Origin: an uncultured bacterium
Lineage (GTDB): Bacteria; Acidobacteriota; Thermoanaerobaculia; Multivoradales; JAHZIX01
Assembly: GCA_965368975.1 (NCBI GenBank)
Contig: CBDUPA010000024.1
Coordinates: forward strand, 23,689-87,688
Length of the DNA stretch: 64,000 nt
Reading direction: 5' to 3'
A model generated the notes under the pieces. The model was not told the origin of the DNA. It was given only the letters and a program-made list of their open reading frames with translations, and searched no databases. Shown here in pieces: positions 17,307 through 27,218 of the stretch. Position numbers and translations under genes: made by a program. How positions within the stretch are numbered: the stretch's first letter is position 1; each line of letters begins with the position of its first letter.

Positions 17307-18623
17307 TCAGTTGTTGCGCTGGCGCGCCGTGTCCGAGTGCTGCGGCATGATCTTGTCCTTGCGGCTGAGGGTCGTCGCCTGCGCCGCGGCCAGTGCAGCC
17401 GGGTTCAGCATTGCCGCCTGCACGCCGGAGCCAAACTCGAACTCGCTGCCGCGCTCGGTGTCCTGCACGTGCTGGCGCCGGAAGGCCGGCGGCTCGCCAT
17501 CGAGGCGGCCAGCCAGCAGCAACACGCGGGCGTTGCTGTCGTCGATGCGTCGAGCGCGGCGCAGCATCTTCTTGGCCAGTCGTTCGTCGCCTGCCTGTGC
17601 CGCCCACCAGCCGAGTGCGGCGTGGGTTTCCGCCAAGTCATCGTCCAGACGCAGCGCCTTGCGGTAGAAGTCCTCCGCCGTTTCTAGGTCGCCCATCTGC
17701 ATGCTGATGTCGCCCAACTCCATGTAGGTGAAGGGGTTGCGGTTGTCACGCTGGTTGGCCAGCAAGAGGACGTCGGTGGCGATCTCCTGGCGGCCGTGCT
17801 GCTGGTAGAGCGCGGCCAGATTCTGGTACGCCGTCGACGCTGACGGGTCCACCGCCAGTGCCTGCCGGTAGGAGCGCTCGGCGCCCGCGATGTCGCCTTG
17901 ACGGCGCTTGATCACACCCAGGTTGATCCAGCCATCGACCATCTGCGGGTCCAGCTGCACCGAAATGTCGGCCAGTTCGCGGGCTCCGTCCAGATCGCCA
18001 GCGCGGAGCAGCTCTGTGCCGCGATTCGAGTAGTAAAGGGCCAGCGCGGTGATGTCGTCGAGGCGCTGCATGTAGCGATAGTCGATGCCTTCGATCTCGG
18101 TGAACTCCAGGATGATGCGGTTCTGCTCCGGCCCGGTGCCGGCCGTCACGTGCCCGGAGTTGATTACCAGGTCGCCTTCCTGGCGGAAGCTCTGCAGGTC
18201 GCGCACCTGCAGGAAGTAGACGTCGAGGTCCATCTCGCGCGCCAGCGCCACGAACAGCTGCGTGAAGCCCAGGCAGTTGGCCTTGCGGGTACGGAAGACT
18301 TCCTCGGCGGTACCGGTGACGTCGTTCTGGTATTCCAGTGCCAGCCCGTCCTCGCCCAGGATCGCCTGCAACAGACCCTTGAGCTTCTTCTGCGTCATGC
18401 CCCGCTGCGGCACGTTCTCTTCCAGCCAGGCACGCATCTCGTCGGTCACGTGCAGCGGATGAGAAACCTCTCGTGGATCGAAGCCGCGTTCGCGGATCTG
18501 CTGATCCAGTTCGCGCTCGGACACAGCGCCGACGGGCGCGGCGAGTGTCAAGCCGAGGCTGATCAGAGCCAGGGCGGTCAGGATAGTGCGGGGTGCGGCG
18601 GGGAATCGGCTGGTTCGAGTCAT
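17307..18623 (-). CDS. Secreted transglutaminase-like domain plus TPR protein
   Basis: Signal peptide; TAEEVFRTRKANCLGFT (Cys), SGHV (His); several TPRs in the C-terminal half. Confidence 0.75.
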   Translation of the reverse strand: MTRTSRFPAAPRTILTALALISLGLTLAAPVGAVSERELDQQIRERGFDPREVSHPLHVTDEMRAWLEENVPQRGMTQKKLKGLLQAILGEDGLALEYQNDVTGTAEEVFRTRKANCLGFTQLFVALAREMDLDVYFLQVRDLQSFRQEGDLVINSGHVTAGTGPEQNRIILEFTEIEGIDYRYMQRLDDITALALYYSNRGTELLRAGDLDGARELADISVQLDPQMVDGWINLGVIKRRQGDIAGAERSYRQALAVDPSASTAYQNLAALYQQHGRQEIATDVLLLANQRDNRNPFTYMELGDISMQMGDLETAEDFYRKALRLDDDLAETHAALGWWAAQAGDERLAKKMLRRARRIDDSNARVLLLAGRLDGEPPAFRRQHVQDTERGSEFEFGSGVQAAMLNPAALAAAQATTLSRKDKIMPQHSDTARQRNN

Positions 18624-18677
18624 AGCGGTCCTCCAGTGTGTCTCGCTATAGGTACGAACAGCGGCGCTGTCGGTTTT

Positions 18678-18714
18678 CTTCCGAGCTCACTTCCGAACTC
18701 ACTTCCGAGCTCAC
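18678..18714. repeat. 12-bp tandem repeat x3
   Basis: cttccgagctca cttccgaactca cttccgagctca; on the minus strand it begins at the anti-sigma stop codon. Confidence 0.85.
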
Positions 18715-18953
18715 TGTCCCCGCGTCGCTTTCCACCTCGCCCGCAGCTCGGCGTGCAGCCGGCTCTGGAACTCGATGGGGATCTCGTAGACCTCGTTCTC
18801 TTTGTACAGGCGGATCGTCTTGCGGATGTTGTCCACCACCACCTGGCACGGGTTGCAGCCTTCCAAATGCGCTTCCAGGTCGTCGCAGACAGCGGGATCG
18901 ATGTCGCCGTCGACATAGTCGTTGAGCGCGCGCAGTAGGTCGTCACACTTCAT
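18711..18953 (-). CDS. Soluble zinc-finger (zf-HC2/ZAS) anti-sigma factor
   Basis: MKCDDLLRALNDYVDGDI...EAHLEGCNPC (C...HxxxCxxC); start overlaps the end of the sigma gene. Confidence 0.9.
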   Translation of the reverse strand: MKCDDLLRALNDYVDGDIDPAVCDDLEAHLEGCNPCQVVVDNIRKTIRLYKENEVYEIPIEFQSRLHAELRARWKATRGQ

Positions 18954-19680
18954 CGTTGTTCCCTGGATCTTGCAGGCCGGCCGATCGAGTTTGTTGATGC
19001 TCATGGCCGTCTCCGTCATGCTGATCCGACTCGTCGTGCTTATGGGGCAGGAGTCGAGTGGACGGATCGCCGAAGCGGCGGGTGAGGATCTCGCGCAGGG
19101 CCAGGCGGGCACGCAGCAGGCGTACTTTGACGTTGCCCTCGGTGATGCCCAGGATCGATGCGGTCTCCTTGACGCTCAACTCGCGTACGTCGCGCAGCAG
19201 GAAGATGATGCGGTAAGACTCGGGCAACTCGGCGGCGGCCTGTTCGAGGAACGTGCGCACCTGGGAGCGCTGTGCCAGCTCGGACGGGTCCTGGCTCCAG
19301 TCGGCGATGTACTCTGGGTGCGGGATGCTGCCTTCGCTGTTCGGCTCGGTGGCGGCGTCGAGAGAGACGGTGGGCAGTCCCTTGCGCTTGCGGATCACCT
19401 TCAGCGCGGTATGGGTGGTGATACGTGTGATCCAGGTGGCAAAGGAGGCTTCTTCGCGGAAGCCGTCGAGGTGTTCCAGGGCGTTGAGCAAGGCTGTCTG
19501 GACGGCCTCCTCGGCGTCTGGTGGGTTGCGCAGCAGGGTCATCGCCAGGGCGTACAGCCTGCGCTCGTGACGCCGGACCAGGGTGTCGAAGGCCTCGAAG
19601 TCGCCGGCCTTGGCCTGCTGGACGAGGACTTCGTCGGTCACTTCTGGGGCGGAGGGTGGAGTGGGGGGCGACGTGTTCAT
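18943..19680 (-). CDS. ECF RNA polymerase sigma factor
   Basis: AKAGDFEAFDTLV, DAEEAVQ, FATWITRI, LPESYRIIFLLRDVRELSVKETASILGITEGNVKVRLLRAR. Confidence 0.93.
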   Translation of the reverse strand: MNTSPPTPPSAPEVTDEVLVQQAKAGDFEAFDTLVRRHERRLYALAMTLLRNPPDAEEAVQTALLNALEHLDGFREEASFATWITRITTHTALKVIRKRKGLPTVSLDAATEPNSEGSIPHPEYIADWSQDPSELAQRSQVRTFLEQAAAELPESYRIIFLLRDVRELSVKETASILGITEGNVKVRLLRARLALREILTRRFGDPSTRLLPHKHDESDQHDGDGHEHQQTRSAGLQDPGNNDEV

Positions 19681-19703
19681 GCGCCCCTGAGCCTACCGCA
19701 GCT

Positions 19704-22700
19704 TTACTCCTCATCACCGGCCTCCTCGGGATCGGGTTCGCTCTGTATCTTGGGTGCGGGCATCTCGCGTGCCACCTCGCTCTTCTCGAGCATGGCGTAG
19801 ATCAGCGGCACGACGACCAGCGTCAAGGCGGTCGAGGCCAGGGTGCCGGTCATCAGGGAGATGGCGAGGCCCTGGAAGATGGGGTCGAAGAGGATGACGA
19901 AAGCACCCACGACGACGGTACCGGCCGTCAGCAGGATGGGGCGCAGACGCACGGCGCCGGCTTCGAGCAGGGCGTCGTGGAGGCCGCGGCCGCGGTCGAG
20001 GGCGAGGTGGACGAAATCGATCAGCAGCACGGAGTTGCGCACCATGATGCCGGCCAGGGCGATGAAGCCGATCATCGAGGTGGCGGTGAAGAAGGCGCCG
20101 AACAGCCAGTGTCCGGGCAGGATACCTACCAGGCTCAGGGGGATGGCGACCATCATGACGACCGGCGTGCGGAAGGAGCCGAACCAGCCGATCAGCAGCA
20201 GGTAGATGAGCACCAGCACCGCGCCGAAGGCGGCGCCGAGGTCGCGGAAGACCTCGTAGGTGATCTGCCACTCGCCGTCCCACTTGAGGCTCGGCTGCTC
20301 CTCGGACAGTGGCTGTGCGGTGTACAGCTGCGCGACCTGCGAGCCGTCCGGTGCGTGCAGCTCTTCGACCTGCTTGGCGAGGTCGAGCATGGCGTAGACC
20401 GGGCTCTCGACCTCCACCGCGACGTCAGCGGTGACGTAGACCACCGGCTGCAGATTCTTGCGGTAGCGGCTGGGCGGTGCCGGGCTGTCGTCAACGGTGA
20501 CCAGGTCGGCCAGTGGCACCAGGGCGCCGGTGCTGGGTGAGGCGATGCGCAGCTGGCGCAGTTGATCGAGACCGGCGCGCTGGGCTCGCGGCAGCTCGAG
20601 GCGTAGCGGCACGGCGGCTGTCTCACGCGGGTCGTGCAGGCTGCCGGCGTCGAGGGCGCCGAAGGCGAGGCTCAGCATGCCGGCGATCTGCGCCGGGCTG
20701 ATGCCGTGCAGCGCCGCCTTCTGACGGTCGACGCCGAAGCGCAGGCGCGGCTGCGGGTCTTCGACCATCCAGTCGACGTCGACCACGCCCGGCGTCTGCT
20801 CGAACAGCTCGCGCACCTGCTCGGCCAGCGCCAGGCGGCTGTCCATGTCGGGGCCGTAGACCTCCGCCACCAGGGTCGACAGCACCGGCGGTCCTGGCGG
20901 CACCTCGACCACCTTGACGCGGGCGCCGTGCCGTTCGGCGATGGCTTCTAGCGGCGGCCGCAGGCGCTTGGCGATGTCGTGGCTCTGCTCGTCTCGGTGT
21001 TCCTTGTGCACCAGGTTGACCTGGATGTCGGACAGGTTGCTGCCCTGACGCAGGTCGTAGTAGCGCACCAGGCCGTTGAAGTTGATCGGTGCCGCGGTGC
21101 CGGTGTAGAGCTGCAGGTGGGTGACCTCGGGCACGGTGCGCAGGTAGTCGGCCGCCTCGCGGGTCACGCGTGCGGTGGTCTCGAGCGTTGTGCCCTCGGG
21201 CAGGTCGAAGAGGACTTGTAGCTCGCTCTTGTTGTCGAATGGCAGCATCTTGACAGTCACCAGCTGCAGCGGGAAGAGAGCCAGTGACGCCAGCAGCAGC
21301 AGCCCGACGACGCCAAGAGTGGCCCAGCGCAGCAGAGGACGCTCGAGCAGCGGACCGAGGATGCGTCGGTAGAGGCGGTAGGTGCGCGTGTTGCGGATGC
21401 CCGCGCCTTCGTCGGCCTCTCCCTGCAGATGCCCCTCCTCCTGCAGATGACCCGTCGCGCGCAGCAGGCGGTAGCCGAACCACGGTGCGGCGATCAGCGC
21501 GACGCCGAGCGAGAACAGCATGGCCAGTGAGGCGCCGATCGGCATCGGTCGCATGTACGGGCCCATCAGGCCGCGCACGAAAGCCATCGGCAGCACCGAG
21601 CCGATAACCGTCAGGGTCGCCAGAATGGTCGGGTTGCCGACCTCGTTGACCGCTTCGATGGCGGTGCGCAGGCGGCTCTTGCGGTCGCTGCCGCGCTCCT
21701 GTGCCAGGTGGCGCACGATGTTCTCGACCACGATGATCGAGTCATCGACCACGATGCCGGTGACGAAGACCAGGGCGAAGAGGGTGACACGGTTGAGCGT
21801 GTAGCCGAAGGCGTAGTAGACGAAGAGGGTGAGCGCGAAGGAGATCGGTACCGAGATCAGCACCACCAGCGCGCCGCGCCAGCCGAGGGCGAAGCCAATG
21901 ACGATGGTGACCGCCAGGATGGCGAGCGTCAGGTGCATCAGCAGCTCGTCGGCCTTCTCGGTGGCCGTAGCGCCGTAGTTGCGGCTCACCGTCAGCTCGA
22001 CGCCGGGCGGCAGCAGGTGCGCTTCTAGCACTTCGAGCTTGGCGTTCACCTGGTCGACCACGTGTTGCGCGTCGGCGCCCTGACGCTTGGCCAGGGCCAG
22101 GGTCACGGCCGGATGCGGCACGGAAGCCGCGCCCTCACCCTGGACGGGCACGTGTTCGACGTAGCTAGTCGCGTCGGCCGGACCGTCGAGGATCGTGGCG
22201 ATATCTTGCAGGTAGATGGGCTGGAGCCCTGAGTGGACGCCGACCACCAGCCGGCGCAGTTCGTCGGCATCGGTCAGGAAGGCACCGGTCTCGACCAGCA
22301 CTTCCTGGTTGCCGGACTCGAAGCGACCGGCCGGGCCCCCCGCGTTCTGACGGCGCAGAGCGCTGGCGATCTGCAGGGGGTCGAGGCCGAAGCCCGCCAG
22401 GCGGCTGGCGTCGAGCTGCACGCGGAGGGTGCGGGTCTGGCCGCCGTGCAGGCGAATGTCGGACACGTCCGGCAGCTTGCTCAGCTCCGTCGCCAGCTCG
22501 CTGGCCAGCCGCCGCAGCTGGTAGCCGTCGTAGCTGCTACCACGATAATTGCCTCCACTGTAATCGTCGCCACTGGGGCCATCAACGTCGCTGGCCCACA
22601 GCGTCAGCGTGTAGACGGGGACGTCGTCGATGGTGCGGTGCTTGATCAGTGGTGGCGTGGCGCCGTCCGGCATGCGGTCGAGGCCCGAGGTGACCTTCTC

Positions 22701-23060
22701 GTAGACACGCACCAGCGCGCGCTCGGGGTCGTCGCCGACGTGGAAGCGAGCGGTGACGACGGCGCCGTGCGCGCGCGCCGCCGAGTAGACGTACTCGACG
22801 CCCGGAATCTCCCACAGGCGCTTCTCGAGCGGGATGACCAGCCGGTTCTCGACCTCCTCGGGCGTTGCGCCGGGCAGGCCGAGGTAGAGGTCGACGATCG
22901 GCACCACGATCTGTGGCTCCTCTTCGCGCGGCGTCAGCTCGATGGCGGCGACGCCGAGCAGCAGCGCGGCGAGCACCAGCAGCGGTGTCAACTTGGAGTC
23001 GATGAAGAAACTGCCCAAGCGGCCCGCGGGGCCCAGGTGAGAGGTGTCAGGATGACGCAC
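19704..23060 (-). CDS. RND efflux transporter permease subunit
   Basis: TPREEEPQI, LNRVTLFAL, GIVVDDSIIVVENI, GLMGPYMRP, GIMVRNSVLL, RLRPILLT; two TM bundles plus two large periplasmic loops. Confidence 0.95.
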   Translation of the reverse strand: MRHPDTSHLGPAGRLGSFFIDSKLTPLLVLAALLLGVAAIELTPREEEPQIVVPIVDLYLGLPGATPEEVENRLVIPLEKRLWEIPGVEYVYSAARAHGAVVTARFHVGDDPERALVRVYEKVTSGLDRMPDGATPPLIKHRTIDDVPVYTLTLWASDVDGPSGDDYSGGNYRGSSYDGYQLRRLASELATELSKLPDVSDIRLHGGQTRTLRVQLDASRLAGFGLDPLQIASALRRQNAGGPAGRFESGNQEVLVETGAFLTDADELRRLVVGVHSGLQPIYLQDIATILDGPADATSYVEHVPVQGEGAASVPHPAVTLALAKRQGADAQHVVDQVNAKLEVLEAHLLPPGVELTVSRNYGATATEKADELLMHLTLAILAVTIVIGFALGWRGALVVLISVPISFALTLFVYYAFGYTLNRVTLFALVFVTGIVVDDSIIVVENIVRHLAQERGSDRKSRLRTAIEAVNEVGNPTILATLTVIGSVLPMAFVRGLMGPYMRPMPIGASLAMLFSLGVALIAAPWFGYRLLRATGHLQEEGHLQGEADEGAGIRNTRTYRLYRRILGPLLERPLLRWATLGVVGLLLLASLALFPLQLVTVKMLPFDNKSELQVLFDLPEGTTLETTARVTREAADYLRTVPEVTHLQLYTGTAAPINFNGLVRYYDLRQGSNLSDIQVNLVHKEHRDEQSHDIAKRLRPPLEAIAERHGARVKVVEVPPGPPVLSTLVAEVYGPDMDSRLALAEQVRELFEQTPGVVDVDWMVEDPQPRLRFGVDRQKAALHGISPAQIAGMLSLAFGALDAGSLHDPRETAAVPLRLELPRAQRAGLDQLRQLRIASPSTGALVPLADLVTVDDSPAPPSRYRKNLQPVVYVTADVAVEVESPVYAMLDLAKQVEELHAPDGSQVAQLYTAQPLSEEQPSLKWDGEWQITYEVFRDLGAAFGAVLVLIYLLLIGWFGSFRTPVVMMVAIPLSLVGILPGHWLFGAFFTATSMIGFIALAGIMVRNSVLLIDFVHLALDRGRGLHDALLEAGAVRLRPILLTAGTVVVGAFVILFDPIFQGLAISLMTGTLASTALTLVVVPLIYAMLEKSEVAREMPAPKIQSEPDPEEAGDEE

Positions 23061-23065
23061 GGCGC

Positions 23066-24202
23066 TCAGCTCCTTCCTACCTGTGCCGCCACCGGGAGTT
23101 CCGTGACGGGGGCGCCGTCGGTCAGCGTGGCCGGCGGTGCGACGACATAGTGCTCCCCGGCTTCGAGGCCGGACAGCACCTCGACGCTGCCGTCACGGCT
23201 GCCGCCGATGCGCACCCAGCGCAGGCGGGCGTGCCCGTCCGCGACCACGTAAAGGCCATCGAGTTGCCCGCGGCGCACCAGCGCCGAGGCCGGAACGAAC
23301 AAGGCCTGCTGGTCCAGGGTGGTGGCGGCCGGCACCTCGACGCGCACGAACATGCCGGACTTCAGCCGGCCATCGGGATTGGCGACGCGCGCTTGGAGCT
23401 GGAAGGTGCGTGCCCGGCTGTCGGCGGCGGGCAGCAGGCGTTCGAGGGTGGCGTCCAGCGTCAAGCCGAGGGCGTCGACCTCGATCCGCAGCGCCGGCGT
23501 CTCGCTCTCGCGGGTCAGCGCTGCCACGTTCTGTTCCGGAATCTCGGCGACGATCTTGGCTGGATCCATGTCTTCGATCACGAACAACGGTTGACCGGGC
23601 GCCACCATGTCGCCGATCTCGACGTGCTTGGCGCTCACCCAGCCGGCGAAGGGACTGGCGACGCGGGCGTAGCTCAGCGTCACGCGCGCCGCCTCCAGGT
23701 TGGCCTCGGCCTGGGCCACGGCGGCGTCGGCGGTGCGGAAGGCTGCGGTGGCGTCTTCCAGATTCTTCGCCGTCACGGCGCCACGTTCGAGCAGCGTTTG
23801 CATGCGCTCATGCTGGGCGCGAGCATTCTCGCGCTGCGCCTCGGCCATAGTCACCGCGGCCTCGGCTTGCGCCACCGCGGCACGCAGGTCGCGATCGTCG
23901 AGCCGAACCAGCAACTGGCCGGTGGTCACACGTTCGCCCTCGCGCACGGGGACGGCGGCGGCACGGCCCAGGATCTTGGTGCCGGGCAGGGCTCGCCGTG
24001 ACGGCTGCACGCTGCCGGTCGCGGTGATCGTGCTGGCGACAGCCTGCAGGCTCGCCTCCGCGGTGCGCACCGAGATCGGCTGCGCGGGTGTGCCGGCGGT
24101 CGCGGTCGGGGCTTCGCCGCCGCCACAGCCGGAGAGGCCGAGCAGCAGTACGAGTGCCCCGAGGGCGGGAAGAGTGAAGGTCTTCAGGGTTGGGCGTGTC
24201 AT
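23066..24202 (-). CDS. RND membrane fusion (periplasmic adaptor) lipoprotein
   Basis: Lipobox LSGC; VREGERV..GQLL, alpha hairpin, SPFAG, LKSGMFVRV, VLSGL. Confidence 0.92.
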   Translation of the reverse strand: MTRPTLKTFTLPALGALVLLLGLSGCGGGEAPTATAGTPAQPISVRTAEASLQAVASTITATGSVQPSRRALPGTKILGRAAAVPVREGERVTTGQLLVRLDDRDLRAAVAQAEAAVTMAEAQRENARAQHERMQTLLERGAVTAKNLEDATAAFRTADAAVAQAEANLEAARVTLSYARVASPFAGWVSAKHVEIGDMVAPGQPLFVIEDMDPAKIVAEIPEQNVAALTRESETPALRIEVDALGLTLDATLERLLPAADSRARTFQLQARVANPDGRLKSGMFVRVEVPAATTLDQQALFVPASALVRRGQLDGLYVVADGHARLRWVRIGGSRDGSVEVLSGLEAGEHYVVAPPATLTDGAPVTELPVAAQVGRS

Positions 24203-24203
24203 G

Positions 24204-25667
24204 TCATTTTCCTCGGGCCACATGGCTTCGTACCGACTCATCTCGTGCCCCAGATCCTCTAGAAAGCGTGAGGGCCGCTTCGGCCAGCTGCCAGTCGCGG
24301 GAAGCGCGCAGGTACGCAAGGCGGGCGCCGCGCAAGGTGGTCTCGCTTTGCAGCAACTCAACGATGGTGGTCAATCCTTCTTGGTAGCGATCGCGGACGA
24401 TCTGCGCGTTGCGCTCGGCCAGTTGCACGGCACGCCTGGCCTGCGCGTCGCGCCGGATCGCTGCTTCCAGCAGCCGGAATGCCTGTTCGACTTCCAGGTC
24501 GACGCGCTGCTGCTGCAGGCGCAGCATCTGCTCGGCGCGGTCCACATGGGCGCGCGCCTGTCGTTGCCGCGCCGCTCGTGCGCCACCGTCGAAGGCGGTC
24601 CAGCGCAATCCGACGGCGACGCTCCAGTTCGTGCCGGCATCGTCGAAGCTATCGCTCAGATCTCCGGCATGGCGCTCGTAGCTACCACTCCAACCCAGCT
24701 GCGGCCAATCGTCGCGCTCGGCCCGGTGCAACGCTTGGCGCGCCGCCGCCACTTGCGCCTCGGCGGCGCGCAGGTCGGGGCGCTGCTGCCTCGCCTCGTT
24801 GCGCAGGCCACTCAAGGTCGAGGAGGTGCCGATCGAGGAGGTGCCGATCGACTCCTGAGAAGCGTCCGCCGGATCCGGCAGCGGAGCCAGGGTAGGCGGT
24901 TCCGCCAACTCTAGTGGTGTGTCGAGGTCGCGACCCAACTCCAGGTTGAGTGCCGCTCGTGCCACCGCCAGATCCGCTTCCGCCGCCGCCAGCTCGGCGT
25001 CACGACGGCTCACCTCCACCGCCGCCTGCAAGGGGTCCGACTCGACCACCAGGCCGCCGTCGAACAGCGCGCGCACCATCTCCTCGTGCCGCCGCGCCGT
25101 CTCGAGGCTCTCCTGCGCCAGTTCCAGGGCCTGCTCGGCCAGACGCAGGCCGGTGTAGCGCTCGGTGACGCGGTAGATCAAAGCATGCCGCGCCCGTTCC
25201 TGCGCCGCGGCGGCCGCGTCGTGCTGGTAGCTCGCGGCCCGAATGCCGGCCTGCAGGCGTCCACCGGTCCAGATCGGCTGGCGCACCGTCAGGCGCTGCA
25301 GGAGGTCGTCGGTGGCCGGCGGCTGGTTGAGGAAGTTCGGGTCGAAGTTGGGTTCGGCGAAGCGCTCCTGGTTGAGCAGACTGCCGAACACCTGCACCGG
25401 ATTCGTCGTCCGTGCCGCACCCGCCTCCAGCTCCACCGTGGGCCACCACGCCGCCTTCGCCTCGTCCACTCCACTCCCGGCCGCCTCGACCGTCGCGGCC
25501 CCGGCGGCCAGATGGGCGTTGTGCTCGATCGCCAGCGCAAGGGCGGCGTCGAGGGTGAGCGGGGCGGTGCCACTGGGCGTCGCAACCGGCTGCGCCGCGA
25601 GGCTTGCTGTGGTGAGCAGAACTGCCAGCAAGAGCAGCAGCAACGGCAGTTCAATGTGTCGAGTCAT
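24204..25667 (-). CDS. TolC-family outer membrane efflux protein
   Basis: Signal peptide, LTLDAALALAIEHN, QPIWTGG, RPDL, FDGG, RYQEGLTTIVELL; GGAGG RBS before ATG 25667. Confidence 0.92.
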   Translation of the reverse strand: MTRHIELPLLLLLLAVLLTTASLAAQPVATPSGTAPLTLDAALALAIEHNAHLAAGAATVEAAGSGVDEAKAAWWPTVELEAGAARTTNPVQVFGSLLNQERFAEPNFDPNFLNQPPATDDLLQRLTVRQPIWTGGRLQAGIRAASYQHDAAAAAQERARHALIYRVTERYTGLRLAEQALELAQESLETARRHEEMVRALFDGGLVVESDPLQAAVEVSRRDAELAAAEADLAVARAALNLELGRDLDTPLELAEPPTLAPLPDPADASQESIGTSSIGTSSTLSGLRNEARQQRPDLRAAEAQVAAARQALHRAERDDWPQLGWSGSYERHAGDLSDSFDDAGTNWSVAVGLRWTAFDGGARAARQRQARAHVDRAEQMLRLQQQRVDLEVEQAFRLLEAAIRRDAQARRAVQLAERNAQIVRDRYQEGLTTIVELLQSETTLRGARLAYLRASRDWQLAEAALTLSRGSGARDESVRSHVARGK

Positions 25668-25722
25668 TCTCGGAACCTCCATAGCGTTCTCCATGGGCAT
25701 AGAGCCGCGGGGAGCTTGGAGG

Positions 25723-26490
25723 TTACAGCTGTAGGTCGACGACCCAAGCCTCCGGCACTGACGCTTGCACTACCTCCCACGCCAGGTTGACCCACCGCAC
25801 GGCCATCTTCTGCTGCCCCGGAGCCTCGATCCGTTCGCTCGCCAGGATCGAGCTGTCCAAGATGGCACTATCCGCCGTCGCGATGATCTCGGACGTGCGC
25901 TTGAGCAGGTGGTCGGGGTTGGGTACGAGTTCGACGCTCCACGGCCAGCCGTGTTGTTCAGCGACTTCGAGCATCAGGCCGCGCAAGCGACTGCTGTTGG
26001 AGACGGGGCGGTCGAGGTACCAGGTGGTGTGCCGGCAGCGATTCGTCTCGAGGAAGCGACCGATCAACTCCAGTGCCGGCAGCGTCTGGTGCACGCGGCG
26101 GTAGTGCCCCTGCATGGAGGCCAGATCGCGCGCGGTGCCGTCGAAGGCGTGGAAGACGACCCCACCACCGAGGGCGGATTCGACGGTGAGCAGGACGTTG
26201 TAGCCGTCGACATGCAGGGGCTGGTCACGTAGGGCTTTGGCTTCGACCCGCCGAGCTCGCCGCGACGCCACCGCGTCGGCGGACGCGACGCAGCGCTGCA
26301 GCGCCTGGCGTTGACGTTGCCGCAGGCGGTGGCGGTCGCCCACCAGCTTGAGCGAAGCCCTGGTCGAATAGTCGCGGCTGAGCAGCCAGGCATAGTCGGC
26401 TGCCGCCCGGCGCAATACGCCTAGCTCGGCGTCGGCGAAGTCGTGGGCGTCCTTGGGATGGGCGCCGCGGTTGGTCCTGGTGTCGGGCAT
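25723..26490 (-). CDS. DUF434-like protein (PIN-like fold)
   Basis: RGAHPKD, LKLVGDRHRL, VDGYNVL, DGTARDLA, LDRPVSNS, ATADSAILD. Confidence 0.75.
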   Translation of the reverse strand: MPDTRTNRGAHPKDAHDFADAELGVLRRAAADYAWLLSRDYSTRASLKLVGDRHRLRQRQRQALQRCVASADAVASRRARRVEAKALRDQPLHVDGYNVLLTVESALGGGVVFHAFDGTARDLASMQGHYRRVHQTLPALELIGRFLETNRCRHTTWYLDRPVSNSSRLRGLMLEVAEQHGWPWSVELVPNPDHLLKRTSEIIATADSAILDSSILASERIEAPGQQKMAVRWVNLAWEVVQASVPEAWVVDLQL

Positions 26491-26511
26491 GAATCCACCG
26501 CAGGCAGGTTT

Positions 26512-27162
26512 CTAGGACTTGTCCTCGCCTACAGCCTCCTGCGCGACGACATTCTGCAAGTCGAAGCGGAAGGGAGTGGCGCTGGCTCCGGGACCGCCAC
26601 CGGTCATGACGATGTCGGCGGAGGCGACGCCCAACAGCGAGATCTCGGTGTTGATCGTCGACACGATCGCCGAGTTCAGTACTTCCCCTTCCTGCACTTG
26701 CGATACAACGCCAATGTACAGCGAGCGATTGAACTGGAACACGGCTCGCTGTTGGGGGACGACGTTGGGCCACAGCGCCAGCCTCTTGCCGTCCCGAAAG
26801 ATGTGGGCGTCGATCACTCCCTGTTGCAGGGCATTGAGGATCGCGACCTCGCTGGGCTCGGGAGCCGGGTGCTGGCTGCGTTGCAGGACGGTGCCGGTGG
26901 CGGTTTGCACCATGTCCCACTGCTCGCCGGCGTGGACGTCCATCAGGGGCGTGAAGTTGCCGTAGGCATCGCTGGCGCTGGCCTGGATCTGCATCGGGAA
27001 GGCGAAGGGGTGGAAGTCGCCGATGCCGAGGTTCTGGACGACGCGCCAAGCGATCGGGCTTGGGTCGTTGCTGAGCGCGAGATTCTTCTGAAAGATCACG
27101 ATCTCGACGTCGCCCGAGTCTTGCGACCGGTTGATCAGGTTGAGTTGAGTGGCGGTGTGCAT
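26512..27162 (-). CDS. Beta-rich hypothetical protein (RhiA-like, tentative)
   Basis: LNLINRSQD..IVIFQKN..IAWRVV..HPFAFP..SDAYGNFTP..LYIGVVSQVQEG..ADIVMTGGGPG; GGAG RBS; no signal peptide. Confidence 0.6.
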   Translation of the reverse strand: MHTATQLNLINRSQDSGDVEIVIFQKNLALSNDPSPIAWRVVQNLGIGDFHPFAFPMQIQASASDAYGNFTPLMDVHAGEQWDMVQTATGTVLQRSQHPAPEPSEVAILNALQQGVIDAHIFRDGKRLALWPNVVPQQRAVFQFNRSLYIGVVSQVQEGEVLNSAIVSTINTEISLLGVASADIVMTGGGPGASATPFRFDLQNVVAQEAVGEDKS

Positions 27163-27218
27163 GGTCTCTCCTTGTGTTTCCCTACTTCGGGCTCTTGAAC
27201 GGTAAGATCTGCGCCAGC

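Noticed and set aside
18678-18714. Possible CRISPR or operator array
   Set aside because: Contiguous 12-bp units with no spacers and no cas genes; it fits the general tandem-duplication pattern.
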